Position numbers and translations under genes: made by a program. The notes below the pieces were generated by a model. It did no database searches. It was not told the DNA's origin and saw only the letters and a program-made list of their open reading frames with translations. From NCBI GenBank assembly GCA_000708835.1, contig DF237341.1, positions 23,108 through 87,107 of the forward strand: DNA of 64,000 bases, read 5' to 3'. Shown here piece after piece: positions 27,851 through 39,700 of the stretch (the first letter of the stretch is position 1; each line of letters opens with the position of its first letter). Source of the stretch: Klebsormidium nitens. Its lineage: Eukaryota > Plantae > Klebsormidiophyceae.

Positions 27851-30664
27851 GGGCGCGCTGCCACCGCAGAAAGGATGGCAGAATTGCGTTGGCACCGCCT
27901 GTCTTAGCAACGTGCATGCGTCAGTCGCCCTGGCCGGGCAACTCAGGGGGACCAAACGCCCCAGGTAAATAGGTTAGCAACATGAACAGTGTTCCAGCAG
28001 CCAAACGGCTTACCTATTGCCCGGAGCCGAAAACTTGTGGGATTGAACCTCCACAGGGTCACCATCGAAACCCCGTGGTTTCGTGTCCGGGCAAAACGCC
28101 GTTTAGGAGATGTAGAGGGCTGGTTTAGGTGGGTTTCACAGCCAAAAACACATTAACCTTCTTCTAACAGTCTTCTTAACCCTCGCCTCAGACCAACCGA
28201 GGACCGCATCGGCCTCGGGACATCAGAATAAGCAATCTTGACCGTCAAAGTCAGGGAATTTCTCATCTGACGGTGCGGAACATGGTTCGCGGACTTTGAG
28301 TGGTGTTTGGTCCCCCTGGGGCGACTACAGTAGTCTATAGGTAATAGGGTTTGCGATTTGGGTCACACATACGTAGGGTTCCGTCACATTTGTACCTGGT
28401 CGGTACCCCCCCTTTTCGCCGTTCCAAGTTTACATCTATATAAGCTCAGCTCGTTCGTAGCCATATTTTGCCGGGAGCCAAAAGATTGTTTCGAAAGCGA
28501 GTCTACTGCAAATTGAATATCGCAAAGGGTGGGTTCGACCGTAGACGTGAAACCATCAATATCTACGGCCCGGGCTCTCACCTATAGAGCTTCGCGTAGC
28601 TTCTAATATCGGGCCCGACATCGCATCGCCGCGGCCGGCGCGGGGGTACCACGTTAACCTACACTGTAAGTTAAAGACGGTACTTTTCAATCTGCTTCTT
28701 CATACTTAATACTAAACTTCTCAGCACACGTTGTCCATAGAATCGCGCCCTCTTTCTACATAAATATTCGTTTATCGTCGAAACCGCCGGTTTCGAAGCC
28801 GTGGGCCCTGGCAATTTTGAGTTTAGCGACAGAATCTGATGACGGGTCGTAGCTCACGTCATTTGCATCGAACTGAATGTACAGCCATTTTGAGAGGCCG
28901 TCGAAAACAACTCCTCGGGGAACCTCAGTAGAGCGACCGTCTTCCAAGGAAATACAAGCTTCAAGTCGCTGCGCTGTTATATCCGGGGCAGCAACGCGAA
29001 AGTAGAATTGACTTTCTCGAAATTCGTTAGGTACCGTTGTAGACTGCCCTGGTAGCGTGGGTCACAGCATCGCCCGTCAGTCTGACTCTGAGTCTCAGCT
29101 GGCAGATGCTCTCGACTCGAGAACAAAGTTCGGTGATCGATCTGCAAGTGAAGCTTCCCACGCAGCTTCGGCTTCCAACTTCAGGTTCTCCCTGCAGTGG
29201 AGTTCTCCCGGCGTTTGGAGTGGCACCAGCATGGAGGATTTCAGCAGGGAGTCCAAGATGTGCACTAGATTCCTGAAGCAAGACAGACCTAAGCTTTTTG
29301 CATTTTCAGGAGATTAAGGTGCGGAGCATCGTGGAAGACGAGCAAGACGAATTCAGGAATTCTACGGCGCATGGTTAGTCGTTGAGGTAAGGGCCCACTG
29401 GTTTATTTCCGAGGTCACCTGTCACCTAAAGGAGCTGTTGTCAAGCTGGCAGCCTTGTTGAGCGACTTGTAGAAATTTTTGACTCCTCATCATTGAGTCG
29501 TCCTCAGCAGTCAAGCATCGCTCCGCTGGCTGTGAGTACCAAGATAATGTTCTTGGAAAGCAATTGGATTATTGCACATGCCGAGGAAATGGTACAATGT
29601 GCAAAGTTTGCACATGATCAGTGCCATAGAGCAAACCCCCCTGGCCAAACAGAGCGCTCAAAGCTAGAGGCATCTCAATCAAAGTGATAGTTGGTGTTTT
29701 ATTGTACTTGTTCAGTTTCCTTTAATAGGTGGATGCACGTTACTCAATGGCAGTGTAAAATGGTCGCAAAGCTTGGGAGCTGTGAGCGCTGAACACCCCT
29801 TGCTAACGTTGTCTCCTTCTTTGGATCCTGTTTGAAAGTCGCGCAACATATGGCATCGCCTCAGGTCACATGCATCAGCTCTCACAGCTGTCAGGACTGT
29901 CCAAGTTTTGTGGGCCCCCTTCATCTGCTTCAAGTTTGCGCCCATTGCTAGTAAAGGCATCAAACTTACAATGCTCACAACTTGAAGAGCTTGTTTGAGA
30001 TCTGGCTTTGAGCCATCTGACCGCCTCCGGCAATTGGACAAACTTTCTGCTTTTTCTTCCTCGTCATTGTGAGTGCTAAAGTCTCAAACAAGGACTCTGG
30101 CTTCTTCTTCGTTGTCCCTGTTTAGAGGGGAGCAACTCAGTTGAGACTATCTGAAGTTTCTTCAGGTTTGCCCCATGTCACTGACTTGACTCCTGGATGG
30201 GGTACCCAAACGTGTGTGAGATGTTGTGTGAGATGTTTCGCAGATACTTATGCCTTTCAAAGGTCCAGCACAGATTTTTTGCCCAAGATTATCATACTTG
30301 TTCAGCTTTTGTGGTGGTGGGTGCATGAAGCTAACATTGTTCATTGTATCTCCTTAGGAGGTTTCGTTAAACGTGGTGCCTTCAGGGGCTACTTGGAGCC
30401 TGATGTGCAGTTGGCTTTTGATGCTGCTGCCAAGCAAACATTGAAACGTTAAGAGCAACGCTTTAAGGAGCTACTAGTGAGATCCAAGGACTCCCCCTAC
30501 AAAACGCTCTTTGTCTCTCCTCCGTGCATCTCCTCTGTGCGGCTGGTTGGTGCTGATTGCCTTTACCTGTCTTCGCTGCAGATTCTCGGCAACGTGAACC
30601 CCCAAGTTACTTACTGGGCACGGCTTCGATCTGTCTACTGACTACACCACTCACAGTCTTCACC

Positions 30665-31150
30665 ATGATTCGCCCGGTGGCGCCAGAGGACACGCCCACT
30701 CTTGTAGCCACGGCTGCGGCCACTGGCTTGTTTTCTCATGATGAGGCGGAGGGTTTTTTTGGGGTGCTGTTGGACGACCTGCACGCAGGACGGCTAGGAG
30801 ATGGTCATCTTGCTCATGCATGGGCTAATGAGATTACAGGCAAGATAGCCGGGTGGGTATACTTTTCACCGGAGAAACATGCGGAGACAGTTTGGCAGTT
30901 GTGGTTCATTGGAGTGGACCCCAGCTGGCAAGGACGGGGAGTTGGCAGTGAGCTGCTCCAAGATGTTGAGTCCCACGTCGTAAGGGCAGGGGGTCGGCTC
31001 CTTTTGATTGAAACAAGCTCGTTGCTTGACAGGACTCAATCGTTCTACACTAAGCGGGGCTATACAAGGTGTGGACAAATACCGGACTTCTATGCAGATG
31101 GGGATGATAAAGTAATATTTGTGAAGCGGGTGAAAACCGAGTCGTCGTGA
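30665..31150 (+). CDS. GNAT-family N-acetyltransferase, bacterial type, coding sequence intronless (161 aa)
   Basis: caccATG context. MIRPVAPEDTPTLVATAAATGLFS...WQLWFIGVDPSWQGRGVGSELL (acetyl-CoA motif A)...GGRLLLIETSS...TQSFYTKRGY...IPDFYADGDDKVIFVK. A complete single GNAT domain in one exon. Confidence 0.9.
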   Translation: MIRPVAPEDTPTLVATAAATGLFSHDEAEGFFGVLLDDLHAGRLGDGHLAHAWANEITGKIAGWVYFSPEKHAETVWQLWFIGVDPSWQGRGVGSELLQDVESHVVRAGGRLLLIETSSLLDRTQSFYTKRGYTRCGQIPDFYADGDDKVIFVKRVKTESS

Positions 31151-32569
31151 GCATAATGGCCCAACAAACCGAGCTTGGTTCGTACTAATTGCCTGCAGTT
31201 TCAAATTCAATGGAGCCATCTATGTCCTACCAAATAAAACAGATTTTCCTTCAATGGATTCCTAGCCAACTTTTTGCGATTTTTGCGTTGTAGGAAAACA
31301 CGAGAACTCTTGTCAGTTTGGGTCGATCGTGATCCTGCATCTAGATGCTCGGGATCGGTGGTCACGTTCTTCAAGTTGTGGTGATCAGCTTGACAGACTC
31401 CGATTTTGATCATGCAATCGTGGGATCGTATATATGCCTTCGGTCATGAGGCAATGATGATGATGATGAGGCGCATCCTAAGACGTTGACCATCAAAGCA
31501 TGACCATTGGGCCGATCGCGAATGGGCTTGAATCCTTGGGCCTGCATGGCATCATGTGGGTTAGTACCATGCCCATGTCACTTTAACCAGGCTACTACAG
31601 TAGCATGCTCGGAAGTTGCGTTTGGTAAGTAGATCTTGCACAGTGTCGTTCAAGCATGAGCACGAGAGCATTGCCGGGACTCCAGTACTAGCTCGGAATC
31701 ATCCAGATATCCATTGCCGCCGGGGTCCATACGTCTACTAGTAAGCCTTTGGGAATAAAAGATTGGTGCCAGATATTGTTCTCGAAACTTGGCCCCAGGT
31801 CGCGCGATCGTAGAAGGGCGTCATCATCGAAAGACTCTCAGATAATGAATTGAACGCCAGGGATCAATGCTAGGAGCTAGGTTTGGACTAACGTAGCCCC
31901 TTCGAGATTGGTAGGGTAGTTAGGCGTTCGAACCTCAAACATCAAGTCCCATGTATGCCATGGAAGCCTATGGCCCATGTGGCTACGGCGTTTTGAAAAG
32001 AGAACATCAAAGGTACCGTTCATACCGTACTGCCTAGTCCTAGTATTAGTAACAGAAGACCCAAAGACCATTGTGATTCGAATTGCTGAAATGATCTGGA
32101 GAAGTAATAGAAAGCAGAAGGGACCGCCATGTGTCCAGCCTCAATGATCGGACGGCTCAGCGTACTCGCATTCGAGTCGCCGTCTGACATTTCGATCACC
32201 AGAAAGGCTGGGTCCTGGCATGCGAGTCGTGACATTAGGTATAAGAGCAGCAGAGCAGCACGTACACTGCTCAAGCTGGCACGTCCAGTACACTGTACAG
32301 CCGGTAGTTGGCGGCTGCGTACAGCTGTATATGGGCCCATGCATGTCATTCCTATGTCATTATAACAACGTGCATATCATTGCTGCCTTCCTCCGATGTC
32401 TCCCCCGGCTCTGTCGGCCAGTTGAAAAAAAACTTTTGGAGCAGAGATATATACTGAACGATATCAATCTCCTCATCGCAGCCCTCCCTGGCAAGCTCGT
32501 GCCACTGTCCGTAACCTTTTGCCTTCTCTCTGTCCTCTGCTCTTTCTGCCGCGTAAAGTTCTATTGGTC

Positions 32570-35500
32570 ATGGGGCCAGCTACCAGGTCGAAGCGCGCCA
32601 ATGAGCCAAATAAGGAGCAGCCGGACTCCCTTGGCATGCTCATGCGAGGTAGGTGTGCTCCAGGTAAAGTGAGCTGGCAGGGGCCAACGCCCACCAAAAG
32701 ATACGCTACTTGCTTCACAGTGGGCAGGTGCCGTGCTCGGGCATGGTAGGGCTCAGGGCTGAGTATGTGCGTTGCTTGGGACTGCAGCTGCAGTCTCGGC
32801 GTGCATGCTTGATGATCCTTGGCTTTGGCTCTTACTTTCTGGGACGCTGGTTCAGTGTTAACGTGGCTGTTTACATGCAACGGTCTGCAGTCATTGGCAT
32901 CATTGTTGCACTGGGTTGTGTTCTGCGTTCTCTGTTGACCCCCAGCTGATTTTGTCCAGAGTTGATCTGGTTCAAGCTGTCCTTCAAGGCTTTGACTTTA
33001 CCACCTGTGGCTATCTTTCTTCAGTTAGTGAGGTCAAGTGTCAGCTCATCAAAGTGTGCTTCAATAGCACAATCCAGCCGTGTGAACTCATGCATGCACA
33101 GAACGTCTTGAGCCCGATAGCTGCAGCCCCTCCTCAGAAAGGATCGCAGCCATATCCAACAATACAGTGGCGCTGCGCACTTCACTTCAAAAATTTCTAC
33201 AGGGCTTCTGGTCAAATCTGCTCTGATGCCAGATGAACAATGTGGACTCCTTGTCCAAGGAGTTCAGCCACTCTCTGTGGGAGAGCGCGGGGCTTTGCTC
33301 TCTGACCCCTCGCGGTATCAGGCAGCACATTTACCATGCCTATGTTTGGCGCTGATGGTTCACGCACCAGGGCGAATTGTCATTGGGCTGCCCCCTCATC
33401 AGAGCTGGGGTTCTGGATGCAGATGAGAAGCGGCGGGCAGGTGCGCGCACGCACGGGGACATCTGGCAGGAGCACCGGAAGCCCTCTTCGAAAGCGGACA
33501 CGACAAGCAAGAAACGAAAGAAGAGTGCTGAGAAGAAGGCAGCAGAGGAGACGGGCGAGGATGACGCCTTCAAAGTTCTGCAAGCAGGTGATGCCCCCTT
33601 CAGCAATGACGCGCAGGCTGGGCACCGCTTTTGAGCTCTTGGCAGCAATCCATTGATTCCAACTTGTGCCCAGGAACCTTGGTGCGCTGGTAAGTGGGGA
33701 AGTGAGTTGTCTGCTTCTGAATCAATCGAGTTTGTGTGGCGAAACATTGGACGACCTTGAACATTGTGCAGAGCAGAAAACGAAGACGACAAAGAGGAAA
33801 AGCGGAGAGCCTTTCGAGGAAAAGAAAGAACCAGCAAAGAAGGCGCCAAAGCGAAAAAGCGAAGAGCCTTCGAAGGAGAAAGAAGAGCCACGAAAGCGGG
33901 CGCGGAAGGATACAGAGACGAAGGACGAACCGCAGGAGAGAGACACCAAGTCTGCCGAAGGTAAAGACTGCGTCCTCGATTGCTGACGAATTCGACTAAC
34001 ACAGTCAGTGAACACTATCAATGTTCGAGTGCTGACCCACGAGGAGCATCAGTGACCACATGCTGAAATTTTCCTCTTAACGAGCCGTCAATCTAGTTAT
34101 CTAGTGTATTTTCATTGGTCAAACAAGTGAGTTTTTTCGTAACATCTTCTATGCACTGACTTTCTTGAGTCACAGTTTCACCCCTTTTTCCACTCCCTAT
34201 GGCAGAGCCCGGTGCAAAGGCGGCTCCCGACAGCGGGGACGCCAGTGGGCAGCAGGGCGGCGGTGGGGCGGTGAGCGGGGTGGTCACCATCAACCGGGCC
34301 CCGACCCTGACGCTCTGGGTTGCGACGGTGGCGGAGAGGCAGGGGTACAAGGCCGAGGAGGCCCTTACGTTCGGCAAGTACGTCTCGGGGGTGTTTGCGC
34401 AATCAAAAGGTGAGGCAGAGCTTCGCCTGCCACACATCGCGACCAAAGGCCCATGCGCGGAGTTTTCGTGAAAATGCTGATTGTGACACTGTCGAGCTTT
34501 CATCAGCTTGTCTTGGAGACGCACGTTGGGCAAGAACCGTTGACCCATGACGGCTGGTAGAGCAATTCTGGGCTCCTCTCTGAGCAACCTCCACGCGAAA
34601 TCTATCTGGCCCCTCGACCTTCACTACGTGACGCCTTCTTTGACCACTCTGCCGCTATCTAGTAAGTCGTTCCCTGGCAAAGAGCGACTCTCGTCCTAAT
34701 CCATTGATCCTGTCTTTAAACATTCTCGGGTCACGGATTCGCGGCCAGACCCATTGTCTTCATATGACCCAAACTTCCTGCTTTCTTCTGCACAACTGTT
34801 CGGCTATCGGCTGACGCCAGGCCGCGCTCCCGTGTGTGCAGGCAAGTCGATCGGCGTGATCGAGGCCGACCCCGAGAAGGAGGCGCAGGTCAAGGAGGCG
34901 AAGCGGGAGCAGCGGCGCGGGCTGGACAAAGTGCCGGTGTTCGGGATGAATATCACCGTCAAGAAGACGCCCGAGGGCCAGGTGCGCGCGCTGGAGGCGG
35001 GCGGGAAGCCCATCGAGCCGCGCACGGTCAAGGCGTACCTGCACCGCGCGTTCAAGGACAGGCTGGACGACGCGCAGAGTGAGCGGCAGCAGCGCGAAAC
35101 TGATTTCCTTCGTCGAGGTCCGTGACCATCTTGGCGAGCGGCTGGTATTTGTGACGTTTCTCTTTGATTCCCGCGTGCCCAAGGCTCTTTTGGCCGTTTG
35201 GATTGGCTCTCAGGTTCGCGGCCCGCTTTTGGATGCGCTGGCGAGATTGAGAGCAGGTTTGATTTCCAGGAGTGTATGCGTGGCTGCTCGACCATTTGGT
35301 GAAGAACGTCCTTGCTTGGGCCATCCTGTCCTTGCTTGGGCCATCCAGGATTCGCGCGAATCAGTCTGTTGTGAGGGCAGCTGGTCTTACAGATAAGCCC
35401 TGTTCTGCTGACGTCAGCCGATGATTGTTTTGCCGCAGAAGCCATGGAGGCTCTGGCCGCGGCGTACCCCGCAGAGGAGGTTGGGAAGAAGGCGTACCAC

Positions 35501-35620
35501 TTGTACGAGCGGTTCCGACCGACGGTACCGCAAGGCAAAAAGGGGTGGGGAGGGAAAGGCGAGCTAGACCTGGATCTAATCTCAAACAAGATGGTGCAGG
35601 AAAGCTCAGCGAGAGGCTGA
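32570..35620 (+). CDS. Hypothetical protein: K/E-rich basic N-terminus plus an uncharacterised conserved C-terminal domain (INRAP...FRP...GWGGKG)
   Basis: Exons near 32570-32648, 33423-33586, 33772-33960, 34205-34408, 34842-35078 and 35439-35620 join in frame with GT-AG junctions. The last three have strongly GC-rich codons: VTINRAPTLTLWVATVAERQGYKAEEALTFGKYVSGVFAQSKGKSIG...VKAYLHRAF...AMEALAAAYP...AYHLYERFRPTVPQGKKGWGGKGELDL. The start exon is uncertain. Confidence 0.75.
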
Positions 35621-36740
35621 GAGCACTTTACGGTAAAGGAGTGTTGTACATTGGTGTACATACTGTATATGACGGCCGTCTAGGTTACAATTTGTACATT
35701 GAATCTGGATTTACGTTGAGTTGCATTCAAGTTTTCCTAATGAAAGCCGCAGAGAAGTGAAGTCCGTTGTGCTACTGAGACTTGTCTCAACAAGATTGCG
35801 GGTATAACGATCAGCCTGCGGGCCTGGCTTACGTCTTTCTTTATGCGAAAGTCAATGTCGCCTGGCCAGCTTTGATCATCTCGAATTTGCACGGCGGTTG
35901 GCTTCTCTGCCAAGGGCAAGCCTCAGTGATTGGGCGCCTGCGCTGCATGTACATGGGGCCATGAACATGGACATACAGCAGGCTTTGTTAAAGCTCATGC
36001 ATGACAGGCCATGGACCAACCATGAATCGTCCTTCGGACAGGTTTCGTAACACATGGTACTGACAGAGAAAAATAGAGAACTTCAAAGCGATACTAAGCG
36101 ACACGCGCAGCCAGTGTGCCGTCATGGAAATCAATAGATTTTCAACACATGTCATGGAAAATGCGCCTAACAATACCGAGGCATGCAAGCCGCGCGTCTC
36201 AAAAGAGCTTCTCAACATTGGGACGATGGTAGCACGCAACCGTTACCAGAGATCATCAGATATCAATCGGCGCGTTGCCAAACCCCCGCTACTACACACC
36301 GCATTGCGTGACCAACTTGCAGCATGCTTGCGCTCCGGTTTCGGCAGCTCAGCTTCAAGAACTACCCGTCGACAATCAATCCATAGGTGCAACATACACG
36401 TGGAGCTGAGCATGTTAGGATCGACAACAAAGCTTTGTCGCTAAACTCAATCTAAATGGTGCAGATTGACTCTTTGCCACGGCTGCCAATTGCTGTACGG
36501 ATCCAACTGATTTACCGTATGATCAGCTTGACAGGCTAAGTTCACGAGCCTACAATTTGACAGTGAGTCAGAGAGTGACAAAACGTAAGCAGAAAAGGCG
36601 AACCCGGGCTTTTGGTCGTGCCCCCTGCTTAGATTGAATCTTCTCAACTGTATACAGGGGTTGGAATTTTTGATTGACTAGTTGATTCCAATAAACCTGG
36701 AGCATCAATAGACGGGGCAGACCGCCCTCTGCGAGACTGA

Positions 36741-39700
36741 TCATTGTCTTACTTTTGCACAGACTAGGCCTAGTTTTGCTCTATATTGACAGGCGAGTAG
36801 TACCTTTTCTTGCTCCGGTGTCCACGGAAGCGCCCCTGTTGACGCATGCTGCAATCCCTTGAACTTCAGTTCCAGGAGCCTGCACACGAGCATTCTCTTG
36901 ATGTCAGCACGAAAGCGGACCTGGAATCAGCGCCACGGTGACAGAAAAGTTCGGAAGAGGCATGTTCGAGCTCAACACCACTTACAAGGAACATCGAAGA
37001 GCAGCTCAGAAGCGAGCAGGATTCCAAGACGTTAATCACAACGGTATCCGTTCGTATGCATCAAGGCCTGTTTTGGATGAAACAAATTCGAACGTTCGTG
37101 GTTACAGGTTCAATCATAAAAAGTTGCTTTCCGCAGGCCTGCTCCGCCCCGGCTTACTTGCGCACGGCAGGCGTATCCCCATGCCCTGTGGCCACGATGA
37201 GCAGCGCGTTTGGCGGGAGGCCCTGGTACACGGCATGCACGCGCGCATCCAGCCGCTGCAGCACGGCCTCCAGCGCCGCTGACACCGGGGGGACCGCCAC
37301 GTCCGCCCCGCTCGGGCTGCACGTCAGCAGGGCCGAGATGGCGGCGATAGAGGCCGCCACCGCGGTGGGTGTCCGAGCCATCTCTGCACAGAGGCAAGCA
37401 GGCGAGGGGGTGAGGACACTCATCAAGCAGGCTCCAATGGTTGTCGCCCCAACCAGAACAAGGTGCGCGGACAAAGACAGCCGGCGGCTGGGGCCGTAGA
37501 GCTTGCATAACAACGTACATGCATCTGCTTACGGGTTGCAACACCAGGCAGTGCTGCGGCTTGTCTGGCTGCGGGGCGTTACCTTCGTGGTGGGTGGTCA
37601 GCTCTGCGAGGCGCGCCCAGAGGAAGCGCGTGGCGGGGGTGTGCGCCTCCTTGCGGACCTTGGCCACCACCTCGTCGTCCGACTCCGCAATCACCGCACC
37701 GGACGTCCCCACCGCAAACCGGCGCAGCAGCCTGCAGCACAAATTTGAAACGGTTGGTAAGAGGCGAAGGGAGTCGGCCATGTTGCGAATCAAAGTATGC
37801 GATAACAATGGGCAGCAGGCTTTGAGCATCGGTGCCCAGCAAGCAATCCCGCCGTTTGCGAGAGAGAGCCGTGATGGGAAACAAGCAACGCCGCGTACCT
37901 CCTGCGGTCAACCAGCGTGCAGCGCTTGCCCTTCCTGCCCAGCAGCTCGATCAAGCTCTCTCCTATGATCGCCCGGGCCTCCCCGAAAGAAGGGCCTGCA
38001 CAGGAGGGTGGGTATCCAATAACGCTCAGCGATTTGAAGCTCACAGGGAGGTGAAAGCCGACTCGGCAAAAGGTCACCTCCAGTGACAGCAGGACTCAAG
38101 CTTGACCGCGCCCAAAGCATTTTCTGACCCGAACAAAACAAACTCCGCGAACCCCTTAAGGACTGTAAGCGGAAGGATCGATGTCGCAGGCAGCAACGAG
38201 AGCAGCAGTGGGGATGCGCTTACCGTTCTGTATTTTGAGCTGCGCCAGCTCCATGGTCGCCCGCGCGTCCTCCACGCTGTCGTGGCCCTTGTCGCCCCCC
38301 TGGATTGTGCGGTGCAAGTGGCGCTCTGCCAACACACGCAGCGCGGGCTGCAAAAATGAAGAGACAGGTGACGGAAACCGCGAGGAAGCATCAAAGGAGC
38401 TCAACGCAAATCCGGGTAGTGTCGCTGCAAGTGGCGAACCGAGTCATGGTGCGGTTCGAAGAAGTAGACGAAGTTCGGCGGATGCTCCTATTAAGTGGGG
38501 CGGTTGTTCGCATTAGTTTGATCGAGGGCACCGTTTTCGTGACACTCCCGTGGAGCTTGTTCGTTCTTTACAGCATGAAAAGAACTTCTCGACTGCTTGC
38601 TTGGCGGCTCTTTGCAACGAAAGAGGCGGCTGCTAGCACGGCCAAACTCTGAGCAATGAAGAAACGATCGACGAACAACCCCAAGAGGCCGGTGTCCGTC
38701 GATCTCATGTGAGAAGTATGACAACGATGCTGTAACCTTGACTGCAATTGAAAAGAGGGACACACGTGTATCGCGTAGCCATCTGGGTGGTCCTCTATCG
38801 GATCGCTGACGTGCCACAGCATTTACCGTCCTTGTCTCTGGCAAGCAGCGGCAGTGAAACCGGATCCCGCAGCGCAGACTGAGATGGCAAAATGTTGAGA
38901 ATCACCTTGTAGGGGGGTCCACGGGGATGTGGAAACGCCAGCGCGGTGTCAATGTTGTTGCCGTGTATCAACTGCGGTGCAGCAGCGCAGGGTCAGCCTT
39001 CCGCAAAAAGCAGCAGAGGGGGATGCACCAAAGCACAAGGCAGGCCGGAGCGTGCGCTCCAGGGGGCGCCTTGGTGTAGGTCAGAAACCCCCGATGCAAT
39101 GCACGAAGGTATATATTGGGATGGGCGACAGCGAGGGGGACACGGGGCAAGCCGCTGAGCTAAGAGCGGATGCGCACCTTGAGGGCCTGCAGGTCGCTCT
39201 GCAGGGAGTGGCCCACCAGAATGGTCTCCGCGCTCACCAGCTCCAGCAGCTCTGCCTGCCAACACAACACGTCAGCACCGGCCAGGCGTGCACCAACACA
39301 GCTGCGATGACACACAGCTGACATGGAGAAGCAAGTCGCTTGCAAACCTTGATGACAAGGACACTCGGAAGAGATTGGACGGAGTAACAGCCGGGCGGCA
39401 TCACCTGGATGTCCTGCAAGGTGGTGGTCACGTCTTGAAGCATCTCGGCCGTAATACCGCTGAACCTGCAGTGAAGACGAAGTCAAGCCGGTCAAAAGAG
39501 CACCAAAGCAGGATCCTCATCGTTACACCGGCTTCGACTCCTCCAGCTGTTACGAGCAAGCTTCCGACCTGTCTGCACAGCCGTTGCAAGGTCGTGTAGG
39601 AGAAGCAGCTCGTTCACCAGCAGCAGAGGCCCGCAAACACAAAGGAAGGCTGTCCACAAGCCACCTAGGGCCGTGACCTTTTGCTAGGCTTGACTTCTGC

